NCBI RefSeq assembly: GCF_913775525.1
Contig: NZ_CAJYLH010000034.1
Length of the DNA: 64,000 nt
Reading direction: 5' to 3' (one strand)
Source: an uncultured Chryseobacterium sp.
Lineage (GTDB): Bacteria > Bacteroidota > Bacteroidia > Flavobacteriales > Weeksellaceae
The notes under the pieces were generated by a model. The model saw only the letters and a program-made list of their open reading frames with translations, ran no database searches and was not told where the DNA came from. The translations under genes and the position numbers were made by a program. The stretch's first letter is position 1, and every line of letters starts with the position of its first letter. Shown here piece by piece: positions 52,399 to 61,989 of the stretch.

Positions 52399-52953
52399 AT
52401 GAAACTAACCAACAGATCAAAAGTCGTTTCCAACAAAGAAATGACCCTTGCTGAAAAAATCTACCTTCCTGCGATATTCAAGGGAATGGGGATCACCTTT
52501 AAGCACGCTGTAAGAAATATAGTGAAAGGACCGCCAACCTACTCCTATCCGGAAGTTCAGAAACCGAGAGCCAAAGTATGGAGAGGACTGCACGTCCTGA
52601 AAAGAGATGAAGAAGGCCGCGAAAGATGCACGGCCTGCGGACTGTGTGCCGTAGCATGCCCGGCAGAAGCCATTACCATGACTGCCGGTGAAAGAACCAA
52701 AGAGGAAAAGAACCTGTACAGAGAAGAAAAGTACGCTGAGATCTATGAGATCAACATGCTCAGATGCATTTTCTGCGGAATGTGCGAGGAAGCCTGTCCT
52801 AAATCTGCCATCTATTTAACAGACAGACTCGTAGACGTAGAAACTAACAGAGGTTCCTTCATCTACGGCAAAGATAAACTGGTTGAGAAAATAAACGAAA
52901 GGATTGACATTACAGCCAGACAATCCGAGAAACAAAAAAATGCGGTAAAATAA
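52399..52953 (+). CDS. nuoI: NADH-quinone oxidoreductase subunit I (2x 4Fe-4S)
   Basis: Cluster motifs CTACGLCAVACP and CIFCGMCEEACP. Confidence 0.92.
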   Translation: MKLTNRSKVVSNKEMTLAEKIYLPAIFKGMGITFKHAVRNIVKGPPTYSYPEVQKPRAKVWRGLHVLKRDEEGRERCTACGLCAVACPAEAITMTAGERTKEEKNLYREEKYAEIYEINMLRCIFCGMCEEACPKSAIYLTDRLVDVETNRGSFIYGKDKLVEKINERIDITARQSEKQKNAVK

Positions 52954-53450
52954 TGGATCAGATTCTATTTTTCCTGGTGGCATTTTTGGCGGTGGCAAGT
53001 GCTGTTTACTTTGTATTTGCAAGAAATCCGCTGTATGCCATCCTTTCCTTAATTGTAACCATGTTCTCCATTGCCGGGATGTACATTCTGCTGAATGCCC
53101 AGTTCCTGGCGATTATCCAGATCATCGTGTACGCAGGAGCCATCATGGTATTGTTCCTGTATATCCTGATGATGCTTAACCTTAATAAGGAAGACGAAAG
53201 TAAGAAGAACAATACTTTAAAGTTCGTCGGAGTTTTTACGGCAGGGCTTCTTCTGGTAGGTGTACTGGGAGTTTTCAGAGGAGTGCAAGAAAACCATATC
53301 GTTGTTGAAAATGTAGACCGCGGTGTGGGTCTTACCAAAAACCTTGGGAGACTTTTGTTCAATGAATATGTTTTACCGTTTGAGCTTGCCTCCATCCTTA
53401 TTCTGGCCGGTATTGTAGGCGCGGTATTAATCGGTAAAAAAGATTTATAA
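52953..53450 (+). CDS. nuoJ: NADH-quinone oxidoreductase subunit J
   Basis: 165 aa with five TM segments and IVYAGAIMVLFLY. Confidence 0.88.
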   Translation: MDQILFFLVAFLAVASAVYFVFARNPLYAILSLIVTMFSIAGMYILLNAQFLAIIQIIVYAGAIMVLFLYILMMLNLNKEDESKKNNTLKFVGVFTAGLLLVGVLGVFRGVQENHIVVENVDRGVGLTKNLGRLLFNEYVLPFELASILILAGIVGAVLIGKKDL

Positions 53451-53453
53451 ATT

Positions 53454-53783
53454 ATGGGAGAAGTAAATACATTTATACAAAGCGTCCCTCTGGAATACTT
53501 CATCATTCTTTCGTCAGTATTATTCTGTCTGGGAGTATTGGGAGTATTGCTGAGAAAGAACGCGATTGTGATTCTGGGCTGTGTAGAGCTTATGCTTAAT
53601 TCTGTAAACCTTTTACTGGCTGCCTTTTCAGCGTACAAAGGAAACGGGGACGGACAGCTTCTGGTATTCTTTATCATGGTGGTGGCTGCTGCGGAAGTGG
53701 CAGTAGGCCTTGCAATTATTGCGATGCTGTATAGAAACACCCGTTCTGTAGACGTAAGTATATTTAATAAATTAAGAGGATAA
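53454..53783 (+). CDS. nuoK: NADH-quinone oxidoreductase subunit K
   Basis: 109 aa with three TM segments, GCVELMLNSVNL and AAAEVAVGLAI. Confidence 0.9.
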   Translation: MGEVNTFIQSVPLEYFIILSSVLFCLGVLGVLLRKNAIVILGCVELMLNSVNLLLAAFSAYKGNGDGQLLVFFIMVVAAAEVAVGLAIIAMLYRNTRSVDVSIFNKLRG

Positions 53784-53786
53784 GGA

Positions 53787-55700
53787 ATGGAAAATCTAGT
53801 GTATGCAATCATACTTTTACCACTTTTAGGGTTTCTTATAAACGGCTTATTCGGAAAAAAACTTCCTAAAATGCTGGTGGGCGGACTGGCCACGGCAGTG
53901 GTGTTCGGATCCTTCTGCATCGCAGTAAGCCTTTTTATGAATTTTGATTCTGAAAGCCAGCCGGTAATCGTAAAAGCTTTCGAATGGTTCAGGGTAAACG
54001 GGGTACAGATCAATTTCGGATTCCAGATTGACCAGCTGTCTCTGATGATGATTATGATCATCACGGGGATCGGGTCGCTGATCCACCTCTACTCCATCGG
54101 CTACATGAGCCATGACGAAGGATTCTATAAATTTTTTACTTACCTGAATTTATTTATATTCTCCATGCTGCTTCTGGTCATGGGAAGCAACTACCTGATC
54201 CTGTTCATCGGATGGGAAGGTGTAGGACTCTGCTCTTACCTATTGATCGGATTCTGGTATACAAATGAAGAATATGGCAAAGCAGCGAGAAAGGCATTCA
54301 TCATGAACAGGATTGGTGACCTTGCTTTGCTGATCGGCATCTTTATGATCGCCTCACAGACCAATGCAGTGGATTACCTTTCCGTAGCTCAGAATGCTTC
54401 AAAATTTGAGCTGGACGGAAATATCATCATATTCATTACGGCGAGTTTATTTATCGGGGCGACCGGTAAATCTGCCCAGGTGCCTTTATATACCTGGCTT
54501 CCGGACGCGATGGCGGGACCTACGCCTGTTTCTGCGTTAATTCACGCAGCAACGATGGTAACGGCAGGTATTTACCTGGTGATAAGATCCAATTTCTTAT
54601 TTACCCTGGCTCCTACCGTTCAGGGAGGAATCCTGATGATCGGATTCCTAACGGCTGCTCTGGCAGGCTTTTATGCACTCCGTCAGAACGATATTAAAAA
54701 AGTACTGGCTTACTCTACGGTTTCACAGCTTGGATTCATGTTCATTGCTTTGGGACTGGGTGCTTATACTACGGCAATGTTCCACGTAATGACGCATGCA
54801 TTCTTTAAGGCATTATTGTTCCTGGGAGCAGGTTCTGTGATCCATGCCATGAGCGGAGAACAGGATATGCGATTTATGGGCGGCCTTAAAAAGGTAATTC
54901 CAATTACCCATGCCACATTCCTGATCGGAACACTCGCTATTTCTGGATTCCCTTTACTTTCAGGGATGATTTCCAAAGATGAGATCTTAGTCGCAGCCTA
55001 TGCCAAAAGCCCGTTCTACTGGGTGATGCTGTTTACACTGGCGGCGATTACGGCAACCTATATGTTCAGACTCTATTACCTGACGTTCCACGGGAACTTC
55101 AGGGGAACTGAAGAACAGAAGCACCACCTGCACGAAAGCCCGGCTAATATGACCTTACCATTGGTTGTACTGGCAATTCTTTCTGTCATCGGTGGATTTA
55201 TCAACCTTCCTCACTTCATCGGCCATGGCCATTATGCCAAACTGATGGAATGGCTGAAGCCGGTACTGACCCAGGAAAGCTACAACCAGATGGAAGCTAC
55301 CCTTTCCGGAGTGGATTTCAATACTGAAATGATGCTTCTGGGAGCTACTGTGGTGATGTTCTTCTCTGTTTGGTTCATGGTAAGAAATACCTATGTGAAT
55401 AAGAAAAAACTGCCGCTGGCTGAAAAGGACTATACCGGATGGGAAAAGCTTTCTGCCAGAAAACTGTATGTGGACGAGCTGTATAATGCACTCTTCGTAA
55501 AAACAGTGGAAGGACTTGGACGTGGCGGAAAAATGTTTGATAAGGGCGTGCTTGACCGTATCGTAGACTTCGTAGGTGAAGGTGCGGAAGACAGCGGAAA
55601 GGCGATGAAGCGTATTCAGAACGGAAACGTGGAAAACTACATCCTCATCATGTCACTGGCAGTGGGAATCATATTAATTGTTAACTTTTTATTACAATAA
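53787..55700 (+). CDS. nuoL: NADH-quinone oxidoreductase subunit L
   Basis: 637-aa antiporter-like subunit with GWEGVGLCSYLLIGFW and SAQVPLYTWLPDAMAGPTPVSALIHAATMV. Confidence 0.92.
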   Translation: MENLVYAIILLPLLGFLINGLFGKKLPKMLVGGLATAVVFGSFCIAVSLFMNFDSESQPVIVKAFEWFRVNGVQINFGFQIDQLSLMMIMIITGIGSLIHLYSIGYMSHDEGFYKFFTYLNLFIFSMLLLVMGSNYLILFIGWEGVGLCSYLLIGFWYTNEEYGKAARKAFIMNRIGDLALLIGIFMIASQTNAVDYLSVAQNASKFELDGNIIIFITASLFIGATGKSAQVPLYTWLPDAMAGPTPVSALIHAATMVTAGIYLVIRSNFLFTLAPTVQGGILMIGFLTAALAGFYALRQNDIKKVLAYSTVSQLGFMFIALGLGAYTTAMFHVMTHAFFKALLFLGAGSVIHAMSGEQDMRFMGGLKKVIPITHATFLIGTLAISGFPLLSGMISKDEILVAAYAKSPFYWVMLFTLAAITATYMFRLYYLTFHGNFRGTEEQKHHLHESPANMTLPLVVLAILSVIGGFINLPHFIGHGHYAKLMEWLKPVLTQESYNQMEATLSGVDFNTEMMLLGATVVMFFSVWFMVRNTYVNKKKLPLAEKDYTGWEKLSARKLYVDELYNALFVKTVEGLGRGGKMFDKGVLDRIVDFVGEGAEDSGKAMKRIQNGNVENYILIMSLAVGIILIVNFLLQ

Positions 55701-55702
55701 TA

Positions 55703-57196
55703 ATGTCTTATTTACTATTAACATTATTACTTTTACCTCTTGCAGGTTCGGGATTGGTTTTTGCATGGAAGAATGCTTCCAGCAAATATGTGGCGCTGGC
55801 AATTGCATTGATTCAAATGATGCTTACCTTTTATGCGCTTTCAAATTTCGATTCTGCTTTTACGGTAGACAGTAAGCTTCAGTATGAAATTACGTATCCT
55901 TGGTCTCAGTACATCAAAAGTACCCTCCATTTCGGTATCGACGGAATGAGCATGCTGCTGTTGCTGCTGACCAACATTCTGACGCCGATTATTATTTTAT
56001 CTTCGTTCAACGAAAATGTCAATTACAGGAATACGTTCTACGGCCTGATCCTGCTGATGCAGTTCGGTCTTGTAGGCGTGTTTACGTCACTGGACGGCTT
56101 GTTATTCTACATTTTCTGGGAAGTGACCCTGATTCCGATCTGGTTTATTGCCGGGCTTTGGGGACAGGAAAATAAAAGGTTCGAATTCACAACAAAATTC
56201 TTCGTCTATACTTTCGTAGGATCTCTATTTATGCTGGCAGGGCTCATCTATGTGTACAGCCATTCGGCCTCATTTGCGCTTACGGACCTGTATAATGCAC
56301 AGCTGAATGAAACTCAGCAGACCGTAGTGTTCTGGTTTATCTTCTTTGCCTTTGCGGTAAAGTTACCGGTATTCCCGTTCCATACGTGGCAGCCGGATAC
56401 CTACACCTATTCCCCTACACAGGGATCCATGCTGCTCTCCGGGATCATGCTCAAGATGGCAATTTACGGGGTCATGAGATACCTGTTGCCGATTACTCCG
56501 ATACCGATTGCCGGAATTTCAGGACAGATCGTTATCATCCTGGCGATCATAGGTATCGTTCACGGTGCTTTGATCGCGATCATCCAGTTCGATATGAAAA
56601 GAATTATTGCGTATTCTTCTTTCTCCCACGTAGGACTGATGGTAGCCGGGATCTTTGCATCCGCCGTGGTAACCCTGAGAGGGAACTTCAATATCGAAGG
56701 AGCTGAAGGCGCACTGGTACAGACATTCGCTCACGGGATCAACGTAGCAGGATTGTTTTACTGCTGTGATATCCTGTATAAAAGATTCAAATCAAGAGAC
56801 ATCAGACAGATGGGCGGGCTGGCTAAAGTAGCCCCGAAATTTGCCGTGCTGTTCCTGATCATCATATTGGGTTCTATGGGCGTTCCTTTGACCAACGGTT
56901 TCATCGGAGAGTTTATCCTGATCAAATCTGTTTTTGACTTTAATGCTACTGCAGCAGTCATTGCAGGTCTTACGGTAATCCTCTGTGCCGTGTATCTTTT
57001 AAGGTTTTACGGAAAAGCCATGTTCGGAAAAGGGGATGCCGCAGTACTGAGTACCGCCAGAGACCTTTCCGGAGTAGAGTTTTCCGTACTGGCCAGCTTA
57101 TCGGTTTTTGTGATCCTGTTGGGGATTTTCCCACAGCCGGTGATTGATATGGTGAACAGTTCGCTGAAATTCATTTATACGGCAATGGCCGCTTAA
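55703..57196 (+). CDS. nuoM: NADH-quinone oxidoreductase subunit M
   Basis: 497-aa antiporter-like subunit with FYIFWEVTLIP and PFHTWQPDTY. Confidence 0.92.
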   Translation: MSYLLLTLLLLPLAGSGLVFAWKNASSKYVALAIALIQMMLTFYALSNFDSAFTVDSKLQYEITYPWSQYIKSTLHFGIDGMSMLLLLLTNILTPIIILSSFNENVNYRNTFYGLILLMQFGLVGVFTSLDGLLFYIFWEVTLIPIWFIAGLWGQENKRFEFTTKFFVYTFVGSLFMLAGLIYVYSHSASFALTDLYNAQLNETQQTVVFWFIFFAFAVKLPVFPFHTWQPDTYTYSPTQGSMLLSGIMLKMAIYGVMRYLLPITPIPIAGISGQIVIILAIIGIVHGALIAIIQFDMKRIIAYSSFSHVGLMVAGIFASAVVTLRGNFNIEGAEGALVQTFAHGINVAGLFYCCDILYKRFKSRDIRQMGGLAKVAPKFAVLFLIIILGSMGVPLTNGFIGEFILIKSVFDFNATAAVIAGLTVILCAVYLLRFYGKAMFGKGDAAVLSTARDLSGVEFSVLASLSVFVILLGIFPQPVIDMVNSSLKFIYTAMAA

Positions 57197-57293
57197 AGAT
57201 TTAAAATTAAAAAAATTAAAAAACTGAGAGGTTAGGATATGAGCAATCAGAATTTTGTCTTGTCTCTTTAATCTCCCTTCTCAAATATACATT

Positions 57294-58673
57294 ATGAGTG
57301 TTTTAATTATTGTTTTCCTTACGGCAGTTATTGCATTGTTTTCCGGAGTTCTTGAACAGGGAAAGTTTGCGAGATACATCGGAATTTTAGGATTAATCAT
57401 TGCATTGTTCGTCAGCTTCATGCCGGAAAATTCATTTTTCGAGCAGTACAGGAACATGTATGATTACAGTGCCAATGCTGCACTGTTCACTAAAATAGCC
57501 TTAGTAACCACATTACTGCTGTTCTTCCTGGGAGGGTTTGCATTCAGCAACCACAGGAGCCACCAGTCTGAGCTGTATGCCCTGATGATGTTTGCCCTTT
57601 GCGGGGGAATCATTCTTTTCGGATACCAGAATATGGTGACGCTTTTCCTGGGAATCGAGATCCTGTCTATTCCTTTATATGTGATGGCAGGAGCCAACAA
57701 AACTGACCTGAGGTCCAATGAAGCCTCCATCAAGTATTTCCTGATGGGTGCCTTTGCCACAGGCTTTTTATTATTCGGTATCGCATTTATCTACGGAAGC
57801 ACAGGAAGCTTCGATCTGTATAAAATCCAAGATTTCGGAGTTGCCAACCCTTCCAGCGTTATGTTTATCCTAGGCGTGCTTCTGATCCTTTGTGCCCTGG
57901 CATTTAAAGTGGCTTTAGCACCTTTCCATATGTGGAGCCCGGATGTATATTACGGTGCCCCTTCCCTGATTACCGCCTTCATGGCAAGTGTGGTGAAAAT
58001 CTCAGGATTTTTCGCTTTATTCAGGCTGATGACTATTGCTTTTGCCGGTGTTACACACGAATGGATCAATGTATTGGGCGTATTCCTGATCATTACCCTT
58101 CTGCTGGCTAACGTAATGGGACTTGCCCAGACCAATGCCAAAAGAATGCTGGCATACTCTTCCGTTTCGCACGCAGGGTATATCGGTCTGGTATTCTTCG
58201 GAGTAACCAGCCTCTCAGCGTATAACCTGGCTTTCTACCTGTTTGCTTATTCACTCTCCACAGTAGGTGTGTTTATGTGCCTGATCTGGGTAGAAAAACT
58301 GAAGCGTGAGACTTCTTTCGGGGCATTCAAAGGACTGGCGAAATCTGAGCCTTTACTGGCAACGGTAGCGGCTGTTTCCATGCTTTCTATGGCGGGTATT
58401 CCGCTTACGGCAGGATTCATGGGTAAATTCGCTTTATTTTCCCAGGCGATCAACGGGGCGGCATTCCTTGTTCTGGTAGCTGTGCTGGGATCGGCGGTAT
58501 CCATTGCCTACTATCTGAGACTGATCATTGCGATGTTCTTCTTTAAAGAGTCTTCGTTTAAATCATCAGAGAAAGTAACGCTGACCTACAATATTGTAGC
58601 AGTAGTGATTATTCTCTCCATTATGGTCCTGGGAATCTTCCCGGATATATTCGGAAAACAGTTCGGGTTATAG
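57294..58673 (+). CDS. nuoN: NADH-quinone oxidoreductase subunit N
   Basis: The start is taken at MSVLIIVF. It is an antiporter-like subunit with LGIEILSIPLYV and APFHMWSPDVY. Confidence 0.9.
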   Translation: MSVLIIVFLTAVIALFSGVLEQGKFARYIGILGLIIALFVSFMPENSFFEQYRNMYDYSANAALFTKIALVTTLLLFFLGGFAFSNHRSHQSELYALMMFALCGGIILFGYQNMVTLFLGIEILSIPLYVMAGANKTDLRSNEASIKYFLMGAFATGFLLFGIAFIYGSTGSFDLYKIQDFGVANPSSVMFILGVLLILCALAFKVALAPFHMWSPDVYYGAPSLITAFMASVVKISGFFALFRLMTIAFAGVTHEWINVLGVFLIITLLLANVMGLAQTNAKRMLAYSSVSHAGYIGLVFFGVTSLSAYNLAFYLFAYSLSTVGVFMCLIWVEKLKRETSFGAFKGLAKSEPLLATVAAVSMLSMAGIPLTAGFMGKFALFSQAINGAAFLVLVAVLGSAVSIAYYLRLIIAMFFFKESSFKSSEKVTLTYNIVAVVIILSIMVLGIFPDIFGKQFGL

Positions 58674-58694
58674 AAATCCGCTCAACATAGACAG

Positions 58695-58723
58695 CCACAA
58701 CTTTGATGTTGTGGTTTTTTTTT
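58695..58723 (+). terminator. rho-independent terminator ending the nuo operon
   Basis: Stem CCACAAC / GTTGTGG with loop TTTGAT, then a T9 run. Confidence 0.8.
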
Positions 58724-58745
58724 ACCTTTACTTTAAATTCAGGTT

Positions 58746-61046
58746 TTGGCCCATCTTTATAAAAAAGACGCTCCTTTCAAGGTTTACATTTCATTCAAAA
58801 AATATTTGGATGTGCTGGAGCATATCCGGTATAATGACCGGCTGGAATACCGGGTGAATTATGCGGAATCGCTTATCGACAAAATAAAGAACTTCCAGGA
58901 ACTGAGGGATGGCTTTCAGGATACTTCGCTGCTCGAAAAGCATGAAGACCTCATCCGCATCCTTCTTTCAGACCTTTTCCCTACGGGACTCACAAACAAT
59001 GAAATAAAAGCGGCCAGTGTTCCGTTATCCGGGATCACGTTCAACTATACGGAAAGATTTAAAAACATCCTTAAAGATGCAGGGAAAGATTTCGAAATAG
59101 AGCTCCGGAATATTGAGGAGGATGAATTCTATGTCTTCTGCTGCTGCCTGATCCTGCAGAGCTATTTCAAAAGGGACATTAAAACCACATTGCCTTTCTA
59201 TTATGACATCCCGGATAAGCAGGGCATCTTGAAGCATTATAAGATTACGGTGAACTCTGACTTTACAGAGGTCTACCCTACCGATGATGCCAAAATACTG
59301 TCCGATGACATTATTAACCTGCTGCTGGAAAACCTGGACGACCATAAGCTCTGGAGGAAATACTTCCCATCCGAATCCTGGGTACTGGAAGGATTTACCA
59401 TCATCTCGCTGGTGGACTGCACTTCAGAAGTAGCTTTATCCGACCTTAAATCCAGCATGATCAGCATCGATCCGGAAGACCTCGCGCCGGACGAGAACCT
59501 TATTGAAATCTTTAAGTCCTATTTCGATGTCCCTAAACTGAATTTCGGGCTGATGCTGTTCAATAAAAAAGACCAGCGCCTGGAAAAGCTTCCCATCTAC
59601 GAAAACCTGTTTACCCATCATATCCTTGATTTCTGGATCAATGCCTTTGATGAGCAGACCAGGAAAAGTACATTCAACAATTTAAGCTATAATTCAAAGC
59701 CCATTGTGGTTTCCAATACGGATCATATGGACAACGAGATCCAATCGCTGCCGTCTTTTGCCGTATTAAAGGAAAATGAGATCAACAGCTTTATGGTCAT
59801 CCCGGTCATGAAGGATAATGAGCTCCTGGCCATTATTGAATTTACATCCCCGGTACGGAACAGCTTTAACGGGCTCAAGCTTAAAAAAATGGAGTTTTTC
59901 ACGGACATGATCCTGTTTTCCCTCAACCGTTTCAATTTTGAAAAGGACTTCCAGATTGAAGCCATCATCCAGCGGGAATATACTACTATCCATAACAGTG
60001 TGGTCTGGAAGTTCAGGAACGAGGCAGAAAAGTATTTCAATGCTTCACTGGCCAAGAAGATCTATACGCTGAAACAGATTTCCTTCAGGAACCTGACCCC
60101 TCTTTTCGGTTTTTCAGACATCCGTTCTTCATCCGAGAAACGTTTCCTGCTGATGATGGAAGATCTCAATGAACAGATGGATTGCCTTCAGAATCTTTTT
60201 ACAGGCATTGGAACCGATACCGAACCTTTTGTCCTTGCGCTGGAGGTATTTTACCACGAGCTGAACCATGATATCAAAGCAGATACGGAACAGCGTTTCC
60301 AAAGGTTGCTCAGGGAAGACATTCACCCTTACCTGCAGGCCAAGCTGGAAGTGGAATCTCCGGAACCGGTCAGGAAAAATATTAAAGAATACTTTTCCAG
60401 GGTATTTGCTCAGAATGATCTTTTTTATACCCACAGGAAAGATCTCGATGAATCGATCACGCTTGTGAACAGGAAACTTGCAGACGTCCTGGACGAAAAT
60501 CAGGTTGATGCACAAGAGATCTTCCCGCATTATTATGAGCGTTTCAAATCAGACGGGGTTGAACATAACCTGTACATCGGAGCCAATATTGCTCCTGATC
60601 TCCACTACAGTGCCAAGCTGATGAAAGAGCTGAGATACTGGCAGCTGAAGACCATCTGCCGGATGGAGCGTGAATTCAGCACATTTAAAGGCAGCCTTCC
60701 CGTTCCTCTGGATATTGCCTCCCTGATCTTTGTCTATAATGAGAAAGTGGATATCCGGTTCCGGATGGACGAAAAACGGTTTGATGTGGATGGGGCATAC
60801 AATTCCTATTATGAGATCATTAAGAAAAGGCTTGACAAGGCCTATATCAAAGGTTCTTCCGAACGGCTTACCTGTCCCGGAAAAATCACGGTCGTCTACT
60901 TCGGTATGGAAAACCAGAAGGAATACCTTCAGTACATCAACAGGCTCCAGAAAAAAGGCAGGCTTCGGAATGATGTGGAGTTCCTGAAGGTGGAAGACCT
61001 GCAGGGCATTACAGGGCTGCTTGCGCTGAGGGTTTCCATAGCTTAA
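58746..61046 (+). CDS. large GAF-domain-containing protein of unknown function
   Basis: 766 aa with a TTG start. A GAF-like segment lies around FMVIPVMKDNELLAIIEFTSP. The rest is unassignable. Confidence 0.65.
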   Translation: MAHLYKKDAPFKVYISFKKYLDVLEHIRYNDRLEYRVNYAESLIDKIKNFQELRDGFQDTSLLEKHEDLIRILLSDLFPTGLTNNEIKAASVPLSGITFNYTERFKNILKDAGKDFEIELRNIEEDEFYVFCCCLILQSYFKRDIKTTLPFYYDIPDKQGILKHYKITVNSDFTEVYPTDDAKILSDDIINLLLENLDDHKLWRKYFPSESWVLEGFTIISLVDCTSEVALSDLKSSMISIDPEDLAPDENLIEIFKSYFDVPKLNFGLMLFNKKDQRLEKLPIYENLFTHHILDFWINAFDEQTRKSTFNNLSYNSKPIVVSNTDHMDNEIQSLPSFAVLKENEINSFMVIPVMKDNELLAIIEFTSPVRNSFNGLKLKKMEFFTDMILFSLNRFNFEKDFQIEAIIQREYTTIHNSVVWKFRNEAEKYFNASLAKKIYTLKQISFRNLTPLFGFSDIRSSSEKRFLLMMEDLNEQMDCLQNLFTGIGTDTEPFVLALEVFYHELNHDIKADTEQRFQRLLREDIHPYLQAKLEVESPEPVRKNIKEYFSRVFAQNDLFYTHRKDLDESITLVNRKLADVLDENQVDAQEIFPHYYERFKSDGVEHNLYIGANIAPDLHYSAKLMKELRYWQLKTICRMEREFSTFKGSLPVPLDIASLIFVYNEKVDIRFRMDEKRFDVDGAYNSYYEIIKKRLDKAYIKGSSERLTCPGKITVVYFGMENQKEYLQYINRLQKKGRLRNDVEFLKVEDLQGITGLLALRVSIA

Positions 61047-61047
61047 A

Positions 61048-61971
61048 TCAGTCCAGTACATAAGAGTCCAGAACAGCATGCTGCTCCTGCGGAATACCGG
61101 CCTGCTCGAAAATCGAAGATTCGATGGCCCTGCAAATGCTGTTCAGGGCCAAATCGTTTTCTTCTTCGCCGAAAGGTTCCCCGATTTCCTGGATGATGGC
61201 ATCCAGTGCAATAAAAGTGTAGCTGATCAGGAGCACAACCAGGGGCATCATCCAGCCTACGATATCCACCAGCCCGAACGGCAGCCAGAAACAGTATAAA
61301 TATACGGTCCTGTGCAGCAGGATGCTGTAAGCAAAAGGCAGCGGCGTATTGTGGATCCGCTCACAACCCCCGAGGATCGTTGAGAACTGGTTCAGGCGTT
61401 CATCCATGGAAGCCATCATGATGCTGTCTATATTTCCTTTGCTGTACTGATCATTAAGCCAGTCGGCTATAAAACCTACAATAATGTTAGGCATGAATTT
61501 CTTGCCCTGCAATTGTCGGATCTGTTCCGGTGAAAGCAGGTGTTCAAGATGATGGGCTCCGGGTTTATCCCTTAGGTAATCATTCAGGGACCAGCAGAAT
61601 GCCGCAATGACCCTGACTATTTTCTGTTTTTCCTGATGAGCATCAGGACCCCGATCATTAACGAAGGAAAAGACCTGCCGGGTGAGCGAACGGGTTTCGT
61701 TAACCAGTATGCCCCAAAGTTTGCGTCCTTCCCAATACCGGTCATAGCTCGCAGAATTGCAGAAGCCCATAAAAATAGCCAGTGCGAGACCGATAAGCGT
61801 GAAAATTGCAGGATTTAAATGGACTTTATAATCGAAAATTTTTCCTTTGAAATAATAAATGGCCAACGAGAAAAGCGTGATTACAGTAAGCTGTACCATA
61901 ATCTTCTTCAGGACAGAACCTTTCCATATGAAGAGCATTTTGAGCCAGTGAACCCGCTGTCTAACGATCAT
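61048..61971 (-). CDS. bestrophin-family (YneE/UPF0187) anion channel-like protein
   Basis: 307 aa with four TM segments, SASYDRYWEGRKLWG and the gate-like PLPFAYS. Confidence 0.8.
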   Translation of the reverse strand: MIVRQRVHWLKMLFIWKGSVLKKIMVQLTVITLFSLAIYYFKGKIFDYKVHLNPAIFTLIGLALAIFMGFCNSASYDRYWEGRKLWGILVNETRSLTRQVFSFVNDRGPDAHQEKQKIVRVIAAFCWSLNDYLRDKPGAHHLEHLLSPEQIRQLQGKKFMPNIIVGFIADWLNDQYSKGNIDSIMMASMDERLNQFSTILGGCERIHNTPLPFAYSILLHRTVYLYCFWLPFGLVDIVGWMMPLVVLLISYTFIALDAIIQEIGEPFGEEENDLALNSICRAIESSIFEQAGIPQEQHAVLDSYVLD

Positions 61972-61989
61972 TTCCCTGTATATTTTGCG

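Noticed and set aside
53006-54064. 352-aa minus-strand ORF spanning nuoJ, nuoK and nuoL
   Set aside because: It crosses three well-supported, collinear nuo genes. Its product is compositionally odd (Ser/Thr/Pro/Ile-rich) with no motifs. It is an artefact of AT-skewed membrane-protein coding sequence.
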